Of a stretch of DNA of 64,000 nucleotides, positions 36,811 to 48,584 are shown piece after piece. Made by a program: the position numbers and the translations under genes. This DNA is from an uncultured bacterium. GTDB taxonomy: Bacteria; Krumholzibacteriota; Krumholzibacteriia; Krumholzibacteriales; Krumholzibacteriaceae. The notes below the pieces were generated by a model. The model searched no databases, was not told where the DNA came from, and worked only from the letters and a program-made list of their open reading frames with translations. How positions within the stretch are numbered: the stretch's first letter is position 1; every line of letters starts with the position of its first letter. Location of the stretch: the NCBI GenBank assembly GCA_963813815.1, contig CAWFAD010000007.1:64001-128000 (forward strand), given 5' to 3'.

Positions 36811-39800
36811 ATGCTGAAGAAGCGATTGCTGCGCGGCTGCCTCGTCGCCGCGGCGCTCGGAGGCCTCGCCCTGCCGGCCGTCGGCGCCTTCGCGGGCGAG
36901 AACGAGGATCTCAACTTCGCCAAGAAGCTCCGTAGAGACGGCATGCACGTCGCGGCCGCCGAGGAGTTCCTGCGCTTCACCGAAAAATACCCGCAGAGCG
37001 CTCTCCGGCCGGAAGCGCTTTTCAGCGCCGGGGAGTCGTATCTTCAGGCGGGCAAGGCGGCGGACGCCCTCGGCGCCTACGAAAAGTTCATCGAGCAGTA
37101 TCCGCGGGACGAGCGGGCCTGCCTCGCGAGGCTTCAGCGCGGACGCGTTTTCAAGGCGCTCAAGCGCTACCGCGAGGGAGCCGAAGAGTTTCTTCTGATC
37201 CCCGAGGAGAATCCCGCCTGCCCCTCGTACGATCAGGCCCTGCTCGAAGCGGGGGACTGTCTCATCTCGCTCGGCGACTCCGAGGGCGCCGCGAAGGTGC
37301 TCCGGCGCCTCATCGGCGAGCGCAAGGATAGCGAGCTCGCCGCGAGGGCCCGCTACACGCTGGCCGTCGCGCTGACGAACACCGGGCGCGATCTCGAGGC
37401 AGAGACCGTTCTCGGCGAGGTCGTCTCGATGTATCCCCGCTCCCCCGTTCGGGCGCTCGCCCTTCTCGAGCTCGGCCGGAGAGCGGTCGCCAGGGGCGAC
37501 TACTCGCGCGCCGAGGGGCATTACCGGACGGTCGAAAAGGAGTTCGAGGAGGCCCCGCTCCCGGAGAAGGCGACGATCGGCATCATCGACATTCACGCGA
37601 AGCGCGGAAACGTCGAGGGAGTCCTCGCCGAGTCGGAGCGTTTTCTCAAGGCGTACCGCGCCTCCGACAGCAGGCCGCGCGTCATGCGGGGGGCGGTCGA
37701 CGCGGCATGGAAGCTCAAGAAGCACGATCGGGCGCTCGTGCTTATCGATTCGCTCGGCGCCTCGGCGGCCGCGGACACCTCCGGAGAGCTGCTCCTCATC
37801 GGAAGCCGCATATTGCTCGACAAGGGCAGGACGGACGAATCGCTCGCGCGCCTCGGAGAGATGCGGCGGCGGTTCCCGGCCTCGCCGCTCGCGAAGGACG
37901 CTCTCGTGCTCGAGGGCGACATCCGCGACCGGTCGGGTTCCCCGCTCGAGGCCGCCCGGCTCTACAACCTCGCCCTCATGGGCGCCGTCGACGCCGAGGA
38001 GCGGGTGAGGCTCTGCGCTAAGCTCGCCGAGCTCTCCGCCTCGAAGCTCGGCGATACGCTTTCGGCGATTCGCTACCACGCGATCGTGGCGAATGAGGAC
38101 AAGGGGGGGAGCGCGGCCGAGGAGGCTCTCTTTCAGGGGAGCGTGCTCCGCGAGCGGACCGGCGATCTCGACCGCGCCGCTCGGGGTTACGAGGATATCC
38201 TCGCGCGGTTTCCCGGCGGAGCGCGCGAGCGGGAGGCCCGCCAGCGCCTCGAATGGGTCTCGGCGCGGCCGCGGTGCACGGAGGCGGTCTCGCGCGCCCT
38301 CGCGCGGATAGCCGCATGGGACGCCCCCGCCGTCTACCGCGCTCTCGAGACGGGCTCCGTTCTCGTCGCGGACGCCCGCGACGCCGAGGCCGCGATCCCG
38401 CTCCTCGAGCGCTCGCTCGCGGGAGCGCTTCCCGATTCGCTTCGCGCAAAGGGAAGCTACTATCTCGGCCGCGCGCGTCTCATGCGGGCTTCGCTCATGG
38501 ATGCGCGGGGCGCGGGCGGATCTCCGGAGCGCGCGAAGGGTCTCGATCTCCTGCGGGAGACGATGCGGATGCAGGCGGGCGGCCCGTGGACGGAGCGGGC
38601 GCACCGGGCCTGGATCGAGGGGGACGTCTCGGCGGCGACGGGCGCCGAAAGATTGGCGAGGCTCGACGAGTATCTCGCCGTCCACGGGAGAAGCTCCGGC
38701 AGATGGTGGGCGCTCGTGAAGAAGGCGGAGATGCTCGGCGAACGGGCCTCGGCGGGAGACACCGCCGCCGCGAACGGGGCTCTCGCCGCCTCCCTCGCCG
38801 TCAAGGCGGGGGACGCGCCGCCGGCCGAGAAGAAGCAGGCCGCCTACCTCGCGGCCACGTTCCTCGGAGCCCGGCGCGGCCGCGCCGAGGCGGTCCGCGC
38901 CTACGAGGAGTTCATATCCGCGTATCCCGATGATCCTCGCGTCACGGCGATGCTCTACGATCTCGGGGAATCGCTGCTGGCTCTCGGCGACCACGCCGGC
39001 GCCGCGGCGGCATACGATCGATGCGTCTCCCGAGCCCCCGGCCGGGCGCTCGCCGAGCGGTGCGCGATCCGAAAGGGAGACTGTCTCTTTTATCAGGGCA
39101 AGTTCGCCGAATCGGCCGAGGCGTTCTCCGCCTTCGCCGCGAGCTTCCCGGGAAGCGATCTCGCCGGCGAAGCGACCCTCCGGGCCGCGTTCGCCCTCGA
39201 GAAGCAGGGGGACGACCGGCGGGCCGAGGAGCTCGTCGCCTCGCTCGCCGCGAGGAGCGCCGCCGCCGCGCCGGCTCGGGCGAGGGCGCTCGCGTGGCTC
39301 GGGACGCGGTACGCCGGACGGCGGGACTACGCGAAGGCGCGGCCGCTTCTCGACGAGCTCGTCGCCGTGGAGCGGACCTCCGCGAACGCCGCCCTCGCCG
39401 CGGAAGCGGCGCTCGGCGTCGGCGATTACCGCGCCGCGGAGAAGGGTTTCACGGAAGCCCTCCGGCTCTCCGGCGCGGACACGTGCCGCGTCGTCGCGGG
39501 CAGGGCGAAGGCGTACCTGCGCCTCGGCGACGCCGGAGCGTACGACGCCGACGCGCGGAGGCTCGCGGCCCGATGCGGCCCGGGGGGAGAGCTCGCCGGC
39601 ATACTTCTCGAGAAGGGGCGCATGGAGGCCGAGGCGGGGCGTTGCGAGAACGCCGCCAGAACCCTCGACGAGCTTCAGAAAAACCACCAGGGTTCGAGCG
39701 AGAGCGGCGAGGCGTATTTCTATCTCGCCCTCTGCGACCTCAAACGCGGCGGCTACGGGGAGGCCGCCGACAAGCTCGCGAGGTTCATCCAGGGCTCCCC

Positions 39801-40461
39801 GCGTTCGCCCATACTGCCGGAGGCATACTTCAAGCTCGCTTCGGCGCAGTACGGGGCCGGGAACCTGAACCTCGCCGCGCAGAACTACGCGCTCGCCGGC
39901 GAAGCGACGAAGGATTCCGAGCTCGAGTTCGCGGCGCGAAAGAATCTCGGCCGGGTCTATCAGCAGCTCGAGCAGTGGAACGACGCCGCGTCGACGTGGC
40001 AGAAGCTCGTCGAGGACTATCCCGAGCGGGACGGCATCGTCGAGGTTCTGTTCGATCTCGGATTCGCGTACGGCCAGGCGGGCCGCAACGAGCTCGCCTA
40101 CGACGTTTACAGCCGGATTCCCGACGTCGCGACGGACGAGGAGCAGCAGGGGCGCGCCCATTACTGGGCGGGAATGAGCCTCAAATCCCTGCGGCGCTTC
40201 GATGAGGCGATCCGCGAGTTTCTCCGCGTGCCATACCTGCGCACGGGAGGGATGTGGGGCGTGACGGCGAAGCTCGAGGCGGCCTCGTGCTACGAGCTCG
40301 TCGGCGACCTCGCCCAGGCGAAAACGATATACGACGGCGTGCTTGCCGCGCACGGCGCGGCCTCGGACTGGGGACGCGTCGCCTCCGAAGGAATCAAACG
40401 CGTCGAGGAGAGACGGGCGGGGGGCGGAGCGCCGTCCAGCGCGCCGGACAAAAAGGATTAG
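36811..40461 (+). CDS. large exported tetratricopeptide-repeat protein (1216 aa, BamD/CpoB-like repeats)
   Basis: Signal peptide; many repeats of the type A...Y/F..FI..YP.S....EA.F..G. Confidence 0.85.
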   Translation: MLKKRLLRGCLVAAALGGLALPAVGAFAGENEDLNFAKKLRRDGMHVAAAEEFLRFTEKYPQSALRPEALFSAGESYLQAGKAADALGAYEKFIEQYPRDERACLARLQRGRVFKALKRYREGAEEFLLIPEENPACPSYDQALLEAGDCLISLGDSEGAAKVLRRLIGERKDSELAARARYTLAVALTNTGRDLEAETVLGEVVSMYPRSPVRALALLELGRRAVARGDYSRAEGHYRTVEKEFEEAPLPEKATIGIIDIHAKRGNVEGVLAESERFLKAYRASDSRPRVMRGAVDAAWKLKKHDRALVLIDSLGASAAADTSGELLLIGSRILLDKGRTDESLARLGEMRRRFPASPLAKDALVLEGDIRDRSGSPLEAARLYNLALMGAVDAEERVRLCAKLAELSASKLGDTLSAIRYHAIVANEDKGGSAAEEALFQGSVLRERTGDLDRAARGYEDILARFPGGAREREARQRLEWVSARPRCTEAVSRALARIAAWDAPAVYRALETGSVLVADARDAEAAIPLLERSLAGALPDSLRAKGSYYLGRARLMRASLMDARGAGGSPERAKGLDLLRETMRMQAGGPWTERAHRAWIEGDVSAATGAERLARLDEYLAVHGRSSGRWWALVKKAEMLGERASAGDTAAANGALAASLAVKAGDAPPAEKKQAAYLAATFLGARRGRAEAVRAYEEFISAYPDDPRVTAMLYDLGESLLALGDHAGAAAAYDRCVSRAPGRALAERCAIRKGDCLFYQGKFAESAEAFSAFAASFPGSDLAGEATLRAAFALEKQGDDRRAEELVASLAARSAAAAPARARALAWLGTRYAGRRDYAKARPLLDELVAVERTSANAALAAEAALGVGDYRAAEKGFTEALRLSGADTCRVVAGRAKAYLRLGDAGAYDADARRLAARCGPGGELAGILLEKGRMEAEAGRCENAARTLDELQKNHQGSSESGEAYFYLALCDLKRGGYGEAADKLARFIQGSPRSPILPEAYFKLASAQYGAGNLNLAAQNYALAGEATKDSELEFAARKNLGRVYQQLEQWNDAASTWQKLVEDYPERDGIVEVLFDLGFAYGQAGRNELAYDVYSRIPDVATDEEQQGRAHYWAGMSLKSLRRFDEAIREFLRVPYLRTGGMWGVTAKLEAASCYELVGDLAQAKTIYDGVLAAHGAASDWGRVASEGIKRVEERRAGGGAPSSAPDKKD

Positions 40462-40468
40462 ACCGAAC

Positions 40469-43312
40469 ATGGCTCGCGAGAACCTGGTCGTCCGGGGTGC
40501 GCGGGAGCACAACCTCAAGAACGTCACCGTCACCATTCCGCGGAACGCCTTCGTCGTGATCACGGGGTTGAGCGGTTCCGGCAAGTCGTCGCTCGCCTTC
40601 GACACGATCTACGCCGAGGGGCAGAGGCGCTACGTGGAATCGCTCTCGAGCTACGCGCGCCAGTTTCTCGAGCAGATGGAGAAGCCGGACGTCGACAGCA
40701 TCGAGGGGCTCTCCCCGGCGATTTCCATCGACCAGAAGACCTCCTCGCGGAATCCCCGCTCCACGGTCGGCACCATCACCGAGATCTACGATTATCTCCG
40801 CGTGCTCTTCGCGCGCGCCGGCGAACCGCATTGCCCCGGCTGCGGCCGCCCCATCGCCCGCCAGACCGTGGCGCAGGTCGTGGACCGGCTCCGGGGCGCC
40901 CCCGACGGCACGCGCCTCGAGATACTCGCGCCCGTGATACGCGGGAAAAAGGGGGAGCACCGCGCGGCCCTCGCGAAGCTCGCGAGCGAGGGGTTCACGA
41001 GGGTGCGCGCCGACGGCGTCGAGCGGGAGCTCGCGCCGGGGCTCGCCCTCGAGAAAACGAAGCGGCACACCGTCGAGGTCGTCGTGGACCGGCTGCGCGT
41101 CAAGGCCGGCGTCGAGCGCCGGCTGGCTGATTCGGCCGAGACGGCCGCCGCCGCGGGCGGGGGCGTCATCATCGTCGTCCAGAACGGCGTCGAGTCGCTC
41201 TACAGCCTCGAGTACTCGTGCCCGTACTGCGGCGGAAGCCTCGGGGAGGTTTCGCCGCGCATGTTCTCCTTCAACTCGCCGTACGGGGCGTGCGCCGAGT
41301 GCCACGGCCTCGGGACGCGGAACGATTTCGCGCGGGAGCTCGTCGTCCCCGACGCTTCGCGGAGCATCGCGGAGGGCGCGCTCGCGCCGATCGATCCGGC
41401 GAAGGCGAACTGGTATCGCGCGCGGCTCGAGGCGCTCGCCGAACGGCTCGGCTTCTCGCTCGCAACGCCCTTCCGGCGCCTTTCCCGAGAGGCGCAGGAA
41501 GCCGTGCTCAACGGCGCCGAGGGGGAGATCGTCGTCCGGTACGATTTCGAGCGAGGCAAGGGCGAATACTGCACCTCCTGGGAGGGCGTCATTCCGAACC
41601 TCCGGCGGCGCTACCACCAGACGAAGTCGGAGGCGATCCGCCGCTGGATCGAGACGTTCATGACTCAGAGCCCGTGCCCGGCGTGCGGCGGAACGCGGCT
41701 TCGCCGGGAGAGCCTCGCCGTCACGCTCGCCGGACGCAACATCGCCGAGGTCTCTTCCCTCACGATCGTCCGTTCCCTCGAGTTCTTCTCGTCGCTGCCG
41801 CTCGCCGGAAACGCGAAGATCATCGGCGAGCCGCTGCTGCGGGAGATCACCGCGCGCCTCGGTTTTCTCGCGAACGTCGGGCTTTCCTATCTCGCGCTCG
41901 ACCGGTCGGCGGCGACGCTCGCCGGGGGCGAGGCGCAGCGCATCCGGCTCGCGACCCAGATCGGATCGAAGCTCGTCGGCGTGCTGTATATACTCGACGA
42001 GCCCTCGATCGGCCTCCACCACCGCGACAACGTCCGCCTCATCGACACCCTCAAGGAGCTGCGGGACGCGGGGAACACGGTGATCGTCATCGAGCACGAC
42101 CGCGAAACGATCCTCGCCGCCGACTACGTGATCGATCTCGGGCCGGGCGCCGGGGAGAGGGGCGGCTACGTCGTCTGCGAGGGCACCCCCGCGGAGATCA
42201 CCGCCTGTCCCGAGAGCCTCACCGGGCGCTATCTCGAGGAGGAGCGATGGTTCGACCTCCGGAGGGGCACCGAGCGGGGCTCGGGCCGGTCGCTCGTGGT
42301 GCGCGGTGCGCGGGCCAACAACCTCAAGAACATCGACGTCGAGATCCCCCTCGGCAAGCTCGTCGTCGTGACCGGCGTGTCGGGATCGGGCAAGAGCACG
42401 CTCGTGAACGACATTCTCTACCGCGCGCTCGGGATGCATTTTTACCGGTCCGCCGAGCTTCCGGGGGCGCACGACCGCATCGAGGGCGTCGAGCATCTCG
42501 ACAAGGTCATCGACATCGATCAGTCGCCGATCGGACGCACCCCGCGCTCGAACCCGGCGACCTACACGGGCGTGTTCGGGCCGATCCGCGACCTTTTCGC
42601 GCGGCTCCCCGACGCTCGCATGCGCGGCTATCAGCCGGGGAGATTCAGCTTCAACGTCCGCGGCGGGCGCTGCGAAAACTGTCGCGGCGAGGGGATGATC
42701 AAGGTCGAGATGCATTTTCTCCCGGACGTCTACGTGCACTGCCAGGAGTGCAAGGGCCGCCGCTACGGCCGGGAGACGCTCGAGGTGTCCTTCAAGGGCC
42801 GGAACATAGCCGAGGTGCTCGACATGACGGTCGAGGAGGCGCACGCGTTCTTCGAGAACGTCCCGCAGATCGCGCGGAAGCTCGAGGTGCTCGCGAGCGT
42901 CGGTCTCGGTTACCTCAGGCTCGGGCAGCCGGCGACGACGCTGTCGGGGGGGGAGGCGCAGCGGGTGAAGCTCGCGGCCGAGCTCTCGAGAACGGGCACC
43001 GGCAACACCCTCTACATCCTCGACGAGCCGAGCACGGGGCTCCATTTCGAGGACGTGAAGCTGCTCATGGCGGTGCTCGACGCGCTCGTCGAAAAAGGGA
43101 ACACGGTGCTCGTGATCGAGCACAATCCCGAAATCATCAGACTCGCCGACCACATCATCGATCTCGGACCGGAGGGCGGGGAAGAGGGGGGCGGCGTCGT
43201 CTTCGCGGGGGCGCCGCGCGACATCGTGGATTGCGAGGGCTCTTACACGGGCAGGATGCTCGCGAAGTTCCTCCGTCCCGGAGCGTCCCGAGGGGCGGGA
43301 AAATGCTATTGA
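40469..43312 (+). CDS. uvrA: excinuclease ABC subunit A
   Basis: [25 protein letters not shown], second Walker [20 protein letters not shown] and Zn fingers. Confidence 0.98.
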   Translation: MARENLVVRGAREHNLKNVTVTIPRNAFVVITGLSGSGKSSLAFDTIYAEGQRRYVESLSSYARQFLEQMEKPDVDSIEGLSPAISIDQKTSSRNPRSTVGTITEIYDYLRVLFARAGEPHCPGCGRPIARQTVAQVVDRLRGAPDGTRLEILAPVIRGKKGEHRAALAKLASEGFTRVRADGVERELAPGLALEKTKRHTVEVVVDRLRVKAGVERRLADSAETAAAAGGGVIIVVQNGVESLYSLEYSCPYCGGSLGEVSPRMFSFNSPYGACAECHGLGTRNDFARELVVPDASRSIAEGALAPIDPAKANWYRARLEALAERLGFSLATPFRRLSREAQEAVLNGAEGEIVVRYDFERGKGEYCTSWEGVIPNLRRRYHQTKSEAIRRWIETFMTQSPCPACGGTRLRRESLAVTLAGRNIAEVSSLTIVRSLEFFSSLPLAGNAKIIGEPLLREITARLGFLANVGLSYLALDRSAATLAGGEAQRIRLATQIGSKLVGVLYILDEPSIGLHHRDNVRLIDTLKELRDAGNTVIVIEHDRETILAADYVIDLGPGAGERGGYVVCEGTPAEITACPESLTGRYLEEERWFDLRRGTERGSGRSLVVRGARANNLKNIDVEIPLGKLVVVTGVSGSGKSTLVNDILYRALGMHFYRSAELPGAHDRIEGVEHLDKVIDIDQSPIGRTPRSNPATYTGVFGPIRDLFARLPDARMRGYQPGRFSFNVRGGRCENCRGEGMIKVEMHFLPDVYVHCQECKGRRYGRETLEVSFKGRNIAEVLDMTVEEAHAFFENVPQIARKLEVLASVGLGYLRLGQPATTLSGGEAQRVKLAAELSRTGTGNTLYILDEPSTGLHFEDVKLLMAVLDALVEKGNTVLVIEHNPEIIRLADHIIDLGPEGGEEGGGVVFAGAPRDIVDCEGSYTGRMLAKFLRPGASRGAGKCY

Positions 43313-43349
43313 CCTGGCCCGGGGAAAAGGTTAATCAAAGGGGTTGAAT

Positions 43350-44462
43350 ATGGAACTATTGAAAACGCCGCTCTACGAAGCACATGTCGCCGCCGGCGGC
43401 AAGATCGTTCCCTTCGCCGGATTTCATCTGCCGGTCCAGTTCGAGGGGATCGTCGCCGAGCACGCGCGCGTCCGCTCCGCGGTCGGACTCTTCGACGTGA
43501 GCCACATGGGCGAGATCACGCTCGATGGGCCCCGCGCGGCCGCATTCGCCGACGAGGTCGTCTCGAACAGCGTCGCGAAGCTCAGCGACGGCCAGATCTG
43601 CTATACGGTGGCCTGCAACGAGCGGGGGACGGTGCTCGACGATCTCCTCGTTTACCGCTACTCGGCGGAGCGCGTCCTCCTCGTCGTCAACGCCGTCAAC
43701 GTGGACAAGATATTCCGCCATCTCGTCTCCCTCTCGCCCCGGCTCGTCGACATCCGGAACCGCACGGCGGAGATCGGGCAGATCGCCGTGCAGGGGCCCC
43801 GCTCGAGCGAGCTCATGCTGCGCACGGGATTCTTCGCGGCGGCGCGCCGCCGGATCGCGGAGCTCCCGTACTACTGGTTCTTCCCGTTCGAGATCGGCGG
43901 CGAGGAGATCGTCGTGTCGCGGACGGGATACACGGGCGAGCACGGCTACGAGATCTATCTGCCCGCCCGGCTCGCGCCGGCGGTGTGGAGCGAGCTCCTC
44001 GAGGCGGGCGACGATCTCGGCGTCGGACCGATCGGCCTCGGCGCCCGCGATACGCTCCGCTTCGAGCCGTGCTTCTGTCTCTACGGGCACGAGCTCGACG
44101 AGGAAACGAGCCCGCTGGAGGCCGGCCTTTCGTGGCTCGTCAAGCTCGGCAAGGAAAAATTCATCGGCCGGGAGGCGCTGCTCCGCGAAAAAGAGCGGGG
44201 TCCCGCGCGCAAGCTCGTCGGCCTCGAGCTTTTCGGGCGCCAGATCGCCCGGCAGGGCTTCCCCGTGCTCCAGAACGGAAAGGCGGTCGGAAAGGTGACC
44301 TCGGGCACCTTCGCGCCGACCCTGCAACGCAGCCTCGCGCTCGCGCTCGTCCGGAGCGACAGCGAGGAAGGGGCGGGGCCGTACACGGTGGACGTGCGGG
44401 GCAAGGCGGCCGAGGCGAAGATCGTGCCGGCGCCGTTCTATCCGAGCCGCGCGGCGAAGTGA
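43350..44462 (+). CDS. gcvT: glycine cleavage system aminomethyltransferase T
   Basis: LKTPLY..H, GLFDVSHMGE, SRTGYTGEHG.EI and GLGARDTLR.E. Confidence 0.96.
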   Translation: MELLKTPLYEAHVAAGGKIVPFAGFHLPVQFEGIVAEHARVRSAVGLFDVSHMGEITLDGPRAAAFADEVVSNSVAKLSDGQICYTVACNERGTVLDDLLVYRYSAERVLLVVNAVNVDKIFRHLVSLSPRLVDIRNRTAEIGQIAVQGPRSSELMLRTGFFAAARRRIAELPYYWFFPFEIGGEEIVVSRTGYTGEHGYEIYLPARLAPAVWSELLEAGDDLGVGPIGLGARDTLRFEPCFCLYGHELDEETSPLEAGLSWLVKLGKEKFIGREALLREKERGPARKLVGLELFGRQIARQGFPVLQNGKAVGKVTSGTFAPTLQRSLALALVRSDSEEGAGPYTVDVRGKAAEAKIVPAPFYPSRAAK

Positions 44463-44564
44463 CCCGCGGCCCGTCCCGCGCGGCCCCCGTCCGTCCGGGG
44501 GCTCGGGAGAAAGCAAAAACATCGATCGACGGTTCATGAACGTCAGCAGGAAGGAAGGTGGCAG

Positions 44565-44984
44565 ATGAACCCGGAGGAATGCAAATTCACGAAGGAGCAC
44601 GAGTGGGTCTACATCGAGGACGGTGACACCGCGATCATCGGCATCAGCGACTACGCCGCGGGCGAGCTCGGCGACATCGTCTACATCGAGCTGCCGGTCG
44701 TCGGGCACAAGGTCACCCAGATGGATCCGATCGGCTCGATCGAGGCGGTAAAGACGGTGGCCGATCTCTACTCTCCGGTGAGCGGCGAGGTGATCGAGGT
44801 GAACGAGAAGGCCGTCGCGAAGCCCGAGATCGTGAACAAGAGCCCGTACGAGGACGGATGGTTCATCAAGATCCGCATGGACGATCCGGGAGACCTCGAA
44901 GTGCTCTTCAACTACGACGAGTATCGAGATTTCCTCGGCGACGAGGGAGCGACAAAAGAGGAAGACGATTCAGAGGACAGGTAA
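44565..44984 (+). CDS. gcvH: glycine cleavage system H protein
   Basis: KEHEWV, GISDYA..ELGDIVYIELP, lipoyl-Lys motif IEAVKTVADLYSPVSG. Confidence 0.97.
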   Translation: MNPEECKFTKEHEWVYIEDGDTAIIGISDYAAGELGDIVYIELPVVGHKVTQMDPIGSIEAVKTVADLYSPVSGEVIEVNEKAVAKPEIVNKSPYEDGWFIKIRMDDPGDLEVLFNYDEYRDFLGDEGATKEEDDSEDR

Positions 44985-46340
44985 ATGAGCTACATTCAAA
45001 ACACCGACGCCGACCGCGCGGAGATGCTGGGAGCCATCGGGGTGCGGTCATTCGACGAGCTCCTCGAGCCGATTCCGGAGGCGCTGCGCCTCGCTCGCAC
45101 GCTCGATCTCGACGCGCCGCTCGCCGAGCCCGCGCTCGCGGCCCATCTCGCCGGGCTCGCCGCGAAGAACCTCCCCGCGTCCTCTCTCGCGAGCTTTCTC
45201 GGGGGAGGCATCTACGACCGGCACATCCCGGCCCTCGTGCGGTACGTCGCGTCGAGAAGCGAGTTCTACACCTCGTACACGCCATATCAGGCCGAGGTGA
45301 GCCAGGGCACGCTTCAGGCGATCTACGAATACCAGAGCCTCGTCTGCCGCATCACCGGCATGGACGTCGCGAACGCCTCGATGTACGACGGCGCGACCGC
45401 GCTCGCCGAGGCGATGCTCATGGCCGCCGGCATCAAGAACGCGGCGCGCATCCTCGTTCCGCGCGCCCTCTCGCCGCGCTACCGGGCGGTGCTCGCCTCC
45501 TACGCGGCGGCCCGGCGCGTGGCGATCGTCGAGATTCCCTGCACCGGCGAGGGTCTTCTCGACGCCGAGCGCCTCGAGGCGGAGCTCGCCGAGAAAACGG
45601 CGGCGATCGTCATCGCGCAGCCGAACTATTTCGGCGTCGTCGAGAACGCCCGCGAGCTCGTGGCGCTCGCTCACGCGAAGGGAGCGGCGGTCATCGCCTG
45701 CGTCGATCCCGTCTCGTGCGCCCTCATCGCGCCTCCCGGGGAGTACGACGCCGACATCTGCGTCGGCGAGGGGCAATCGCTCGGTCTTCCGCAGAGCTAC
45801 GGCGGGCCGCTTCTCGGGTTCATGGCGACGAAGGAGGAGTTCGTCCGGAAGATGCCGGGGCGCCTCATCAGCGGAACGGTCGATATCGAGGGGAAGCGGG
45901 GCTACGTCATGACGCTGCAGACCCGCGAGCAGCACATCCGGCGCGAGAAGGCGACCTCGAACATCTGTACGAACGAGGCGCTCTGCGCCCTCTCGGCGGC
46001 CGTGTATCTCGTCTCGATCGGGGAGCGGGGGTTCCGCGAGGTCGCCGAGCAGAGCTACGCGAAGAGCCACGCGCTCGCCCGCATGCTGGCGGGGGCGCGG
46101 GGCGCGCGGATCGTTTTCGGCGGCCCGTTCTTCCAGGAGTTCGTTCTCGAGCTGCCGATGCCGGCGAGGGAGTTCGCGGCGAAGGCCGCCTCGAAAGGCA
46201 TTCTTCCGGGGATCGCGCTCGGCGCGGATTTTCCCGAGCTCGGAGAGAGGGCGATGCTCGTGGCCGTCACCGAGAAACGCACGAGGAGCGAGCTCGAACG
46301 CTACCGGGATCTGCTGGCGGGAAAGGAGGCGGGGAGATGA
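44985..46340 (+). CDS. gcvPA: glycine dehydrogenase subunit 1
   Basis: FYTSYTPYQAEVSQG.LQ, NASMYDGATA and QTREQHIRREKATSNICTN. Confidence 0.96.
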   Translation: MSYIQNTDADRAEMLGAIGVRSFDELLEPIPEALRLARTLDLDAPLAEPALAAHLAGLAAKNLPASSLASFLGGGIYDRHIPALVRYVASRSEFYTSYTPYQAEVSQGTLQAIYEYQSLVCRITGMDVANASMYDGATALAEAMLMAAGIKNAARILVPRALSPRYRAVLASYAAARRVAIVEIPCTGEGLLDAERLEAELAEKTAAIVIAQPNYFGVVENARELVALAHAKGAAVIACVDPVSCALIAPPGEYDADICVGEGQSLGLPQSYGGPLLGFMATKEEFVRKMPGRLISGTVDIEGKRGYVMTLQTREQHIRREKATSNICTNEALCALSAAVYLVSIGERGFREVAEQSYAKSHALARMLAGARGARIVFGGPFFQEFVLELPMPAREFAAKAASKGILPGIALGADFPELGERAMLVAVTEKRTRSELERYRDLLAGKEAGR

Positions 46341-47776
46341 GCGCGACCATTTTCGAAAAATCGAAACCGGGGCGCCGCGGCTTCCGCATTCCCGAGAGCG
46401 ATTGCCCCGCCGAACGAATCGATCTCCCGAACCCGCGCCGGGTCCCTCCGGGGCTTCCCGAAGTGGGGGAGCAGGACGCGGTCCGGCACTACATGGAGCT
46501 CGCCGCCAAGAACTACCACGTCGACAAGGGGATCTATCCCCTCGGCAGCTGCACGATGAAGTACAACCCCCTCGTGAACGAGGAGGCGGCCCGGCTCGAG
46601 GGATTCGCGGGGCTCCACCCGGCCCAGGACGACGGGGAGGCGCAAGGCGCGCTCGAGCTCATGTTCCGCCTCGAGCGGTCGCTCCGCGAGATCACGGGGA
46701 TGGCCGCCTTCACGCTGCAGCCCGCCGCCGGAGCGCACGGGGAGCTCACCGGCATCATGCTGGCCCGCGCGTATTTCCTCGACCGGGGAGAGAAGCGCGC
46801 GACCGTTCTCATCCCCGACTCCGCGCACGGGACGAATCCGGCGAGCGTGGCCATCTGCGGTTTCAAGCCGAAGACCGTGCCGTCGAACGAGCGCGGGCTC
46901 ATCGATCCGGCGACGCTCGAGAAGGAGATCACGGGCGAGACGGCCGTGCTCATGCTGACGCTGCCGAACACGCTCGGCCTCTTCGAACGCGACATCATGG
47001 AGGTCGTCCGCATCGTGCACGCGAAGGGAGCGCTCGTCTACATGGACGGGGCGAACCTCAACGCGCTCATGGGGATCGTGCGCCCGGGGGACATCGGCGT
47101 CGACGTCATGCACGTCAATCTGCACAAGACCTTCTCGACCCCGCACGGCGGCGGCGGCCCCGGGTCGGGCCCCGTCGGAGTCGCGGAGCGGCTCGTTCCG
47201 TACCTTCCCGGGCCGCGCGTGACGGAAGCGGCGGGGGGGTATCGCCTGAGCGCCGGCGGTCCGAAATCGATCGGCCGCGTGCATCCGTACAACGGCAACT
47301 TCAACGTGTTCGTCAAGGCCTACGCCTATATCCGCGCGATCGGCGGCGAGGGCGTGCGCGAGGTCTCCCGCAACGCGATCATCAACGCCAACTATCTCCT
47401 CGCCCGTCTTCGCGCGCACTACGACCTCAAGTATCCGGGCCCGTGCATGCACGAGTTCGTCCTCTCCGCGCGGAACCTCAAGCGCTACGACGTGCGCGCG
47501 ACGGACGTCGTGAAACGGCTCCTCGATTACGGTCTGCACGCGCCGACCGTGTATTTTCCGCTCATCGTCGAGGAGGCGCTCATGATCGAGCCCGTGGAGA
47601 CCGAGAGCAAGGAAACGCTCGACCGCCTCGCCGACGCGCTCGCCGCGATCGCCGGGGAGGCCGAGAAATGTCCGGAGAAGCTGCACGAGGCGCCGGTCAC
47701 CACGCCGGTGCGCCGGCTCGACGAGGCGAACGCGGCCCGGTGCCCGGACCTCTGCTGCCCCGGGGACCCGGATTGA
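46337..47776 (+). CDS. gcvPB: glycine dehydrogenase subunit 2
   Basis: YPLGSCTMKYNP, QPAAGAHGE, SAHGTNPAS and PLP-Lys motif NLHKTFSTPHGGGGPG. Confidence 0.96.
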   Translation: MSATIFEKSKPGRRGFRIPESDCPAERIDLPNPRRVPPGLPEVGEQDAVRHYMELAAKNYHVDKGIYPLGSCTMKYNPLVNEEAARLEGFAGLHPAQDDGEAQGALELMFRLERSLREITGMAAFTLQPAAGAHGELTGIMLARAYFLDRGEKRATVLIPDSAHGTNPASVAICGFKPKTVPSNERGLIDPATLEKEITGETAVLMLTLPNTLGLFERDIMEVVRIVHAKGALVYMDGANLNALMGIVRPGDIGVDVMHVNLHKTFSTPHGGGGPGSGPVGVAERLVPYLPGPRVTEAAGGYRLSAGGPKSIGRVHPYNGNFNVFVKAYAYIRAIGGEGVREVSRNAIINANYLLARLRAHYDLKYPGPCMHEFVLSARNLKRYDVRATDVVKRLLDYGLHAPTVYFPLIVEEALMIEPVETESKETLDRLADALAAIAGEAEKCPEKLHEAPVTTPVRRLDEANAARCPDLCCPGDPD

Positions 47777-47777
47777 G

Positions 47778-48584
47778 ATGGATCGCTGGTTTCTGCTCGT
47801 GAGCCCCGCCGCGCCGGGGGCCGAGAACATGGCCCTCGACGAGGCGCTCCTCGAACGCGCCGAGAGCGGCTCGGCGCCGGCGCTGCGCATCTATTCGTTC
47901 GATCCGCCGGCGATAACGATCGGCGCCCACCAGGATCCCGCCCGCGCGCTCGATCTCGAAGCCGTCCGCGCCGACGGGATCGACGTCGTGCGCCGCGTGA
48001 CGGGAGGGAGGGCGCTGCTGCACGCGGGGGAGCTCACCTACTGCGTCGCGGCGGGCCTGCGCGAGGGACGGTTCGGCCGGGGGACGGCGGAGAGCTATCT
48101 AAGGATTTCGGAGGCGCTCGCGCTCGCGCTTCGCTCCCTCGGGGTCGACGCCTCGGTTTCCCGCGGCGGGCGGGAGGCGGGAGCGTTCGGCGCCGCGAAG
48201 CCCTGTCTGTCCTCGGTGACGAGATGGGAGCTCTCGGTCCGCGGCAGAAAGATCGCGGGAAGCTCCCAGCGCACGACGGCCTCCGCGTTCATCCAGCACG
48301 GTTCGATACTGCTCGCCCCCGGCAGCGAGCGCATCGAGCGGTACGTCCCCGGATCGCGGGGGGCGCTCGGGGACCGCATCACGAACGTGCGCGACGAGCT
48401 CGGCCGCGACGTCGGCGCAGCCGAGCTGCGGGAGGCCGTCGCCGGGGCCTTCCGGACCAGTTTCGGCGTCGACTGGGAACCGCTCGCGCTCGGGCCGCCC
48501 GAACGCGAGACGGTCGAGGCGAGGGCGAGGGCGAAGCGGGCGGAGCTCGACTTCGTTCTCCGCGGGGAGGTCGTTTCGCCATGA
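47778..48584 (+). CDS. lipoate-protein ligase family, LipM-like octanoyltransferase
   Basis: NMALDEALL, RRVTGGRALLH..ELTY, PC, KIAGSSQ and QHGSI; no C-terminal LplA domain; adjacent to gcvH/P. Confidence 0.8.
   Translation: MDRWFLLVSPAAPGAENMALDEALLERAESGSAPALRIYSFDPPAITIGAHQDPARALDLEAVRADGIDVVRRVTGGRALLHAGELTYCVAAGLREGRFGRGTAESYLRISEALALALRSLGVDASVSRGGREAGAFGAAKPCLSSVTRWELSVRGRKIAGSSQRTTASAFIQHGSILLAPGSERIERYVPGSRGALGDRITNVRDELGRDVGAAELREAVAGAFRTSFGVDWEPLALGPPERETVEARARAKRAELDFVLRGEVVSP

Noticed and set aside
43313..43349. Glycine riboswitch upstream of gcvT
   Set aside because: The gap is only 37 nt and has no aptamer consensus.
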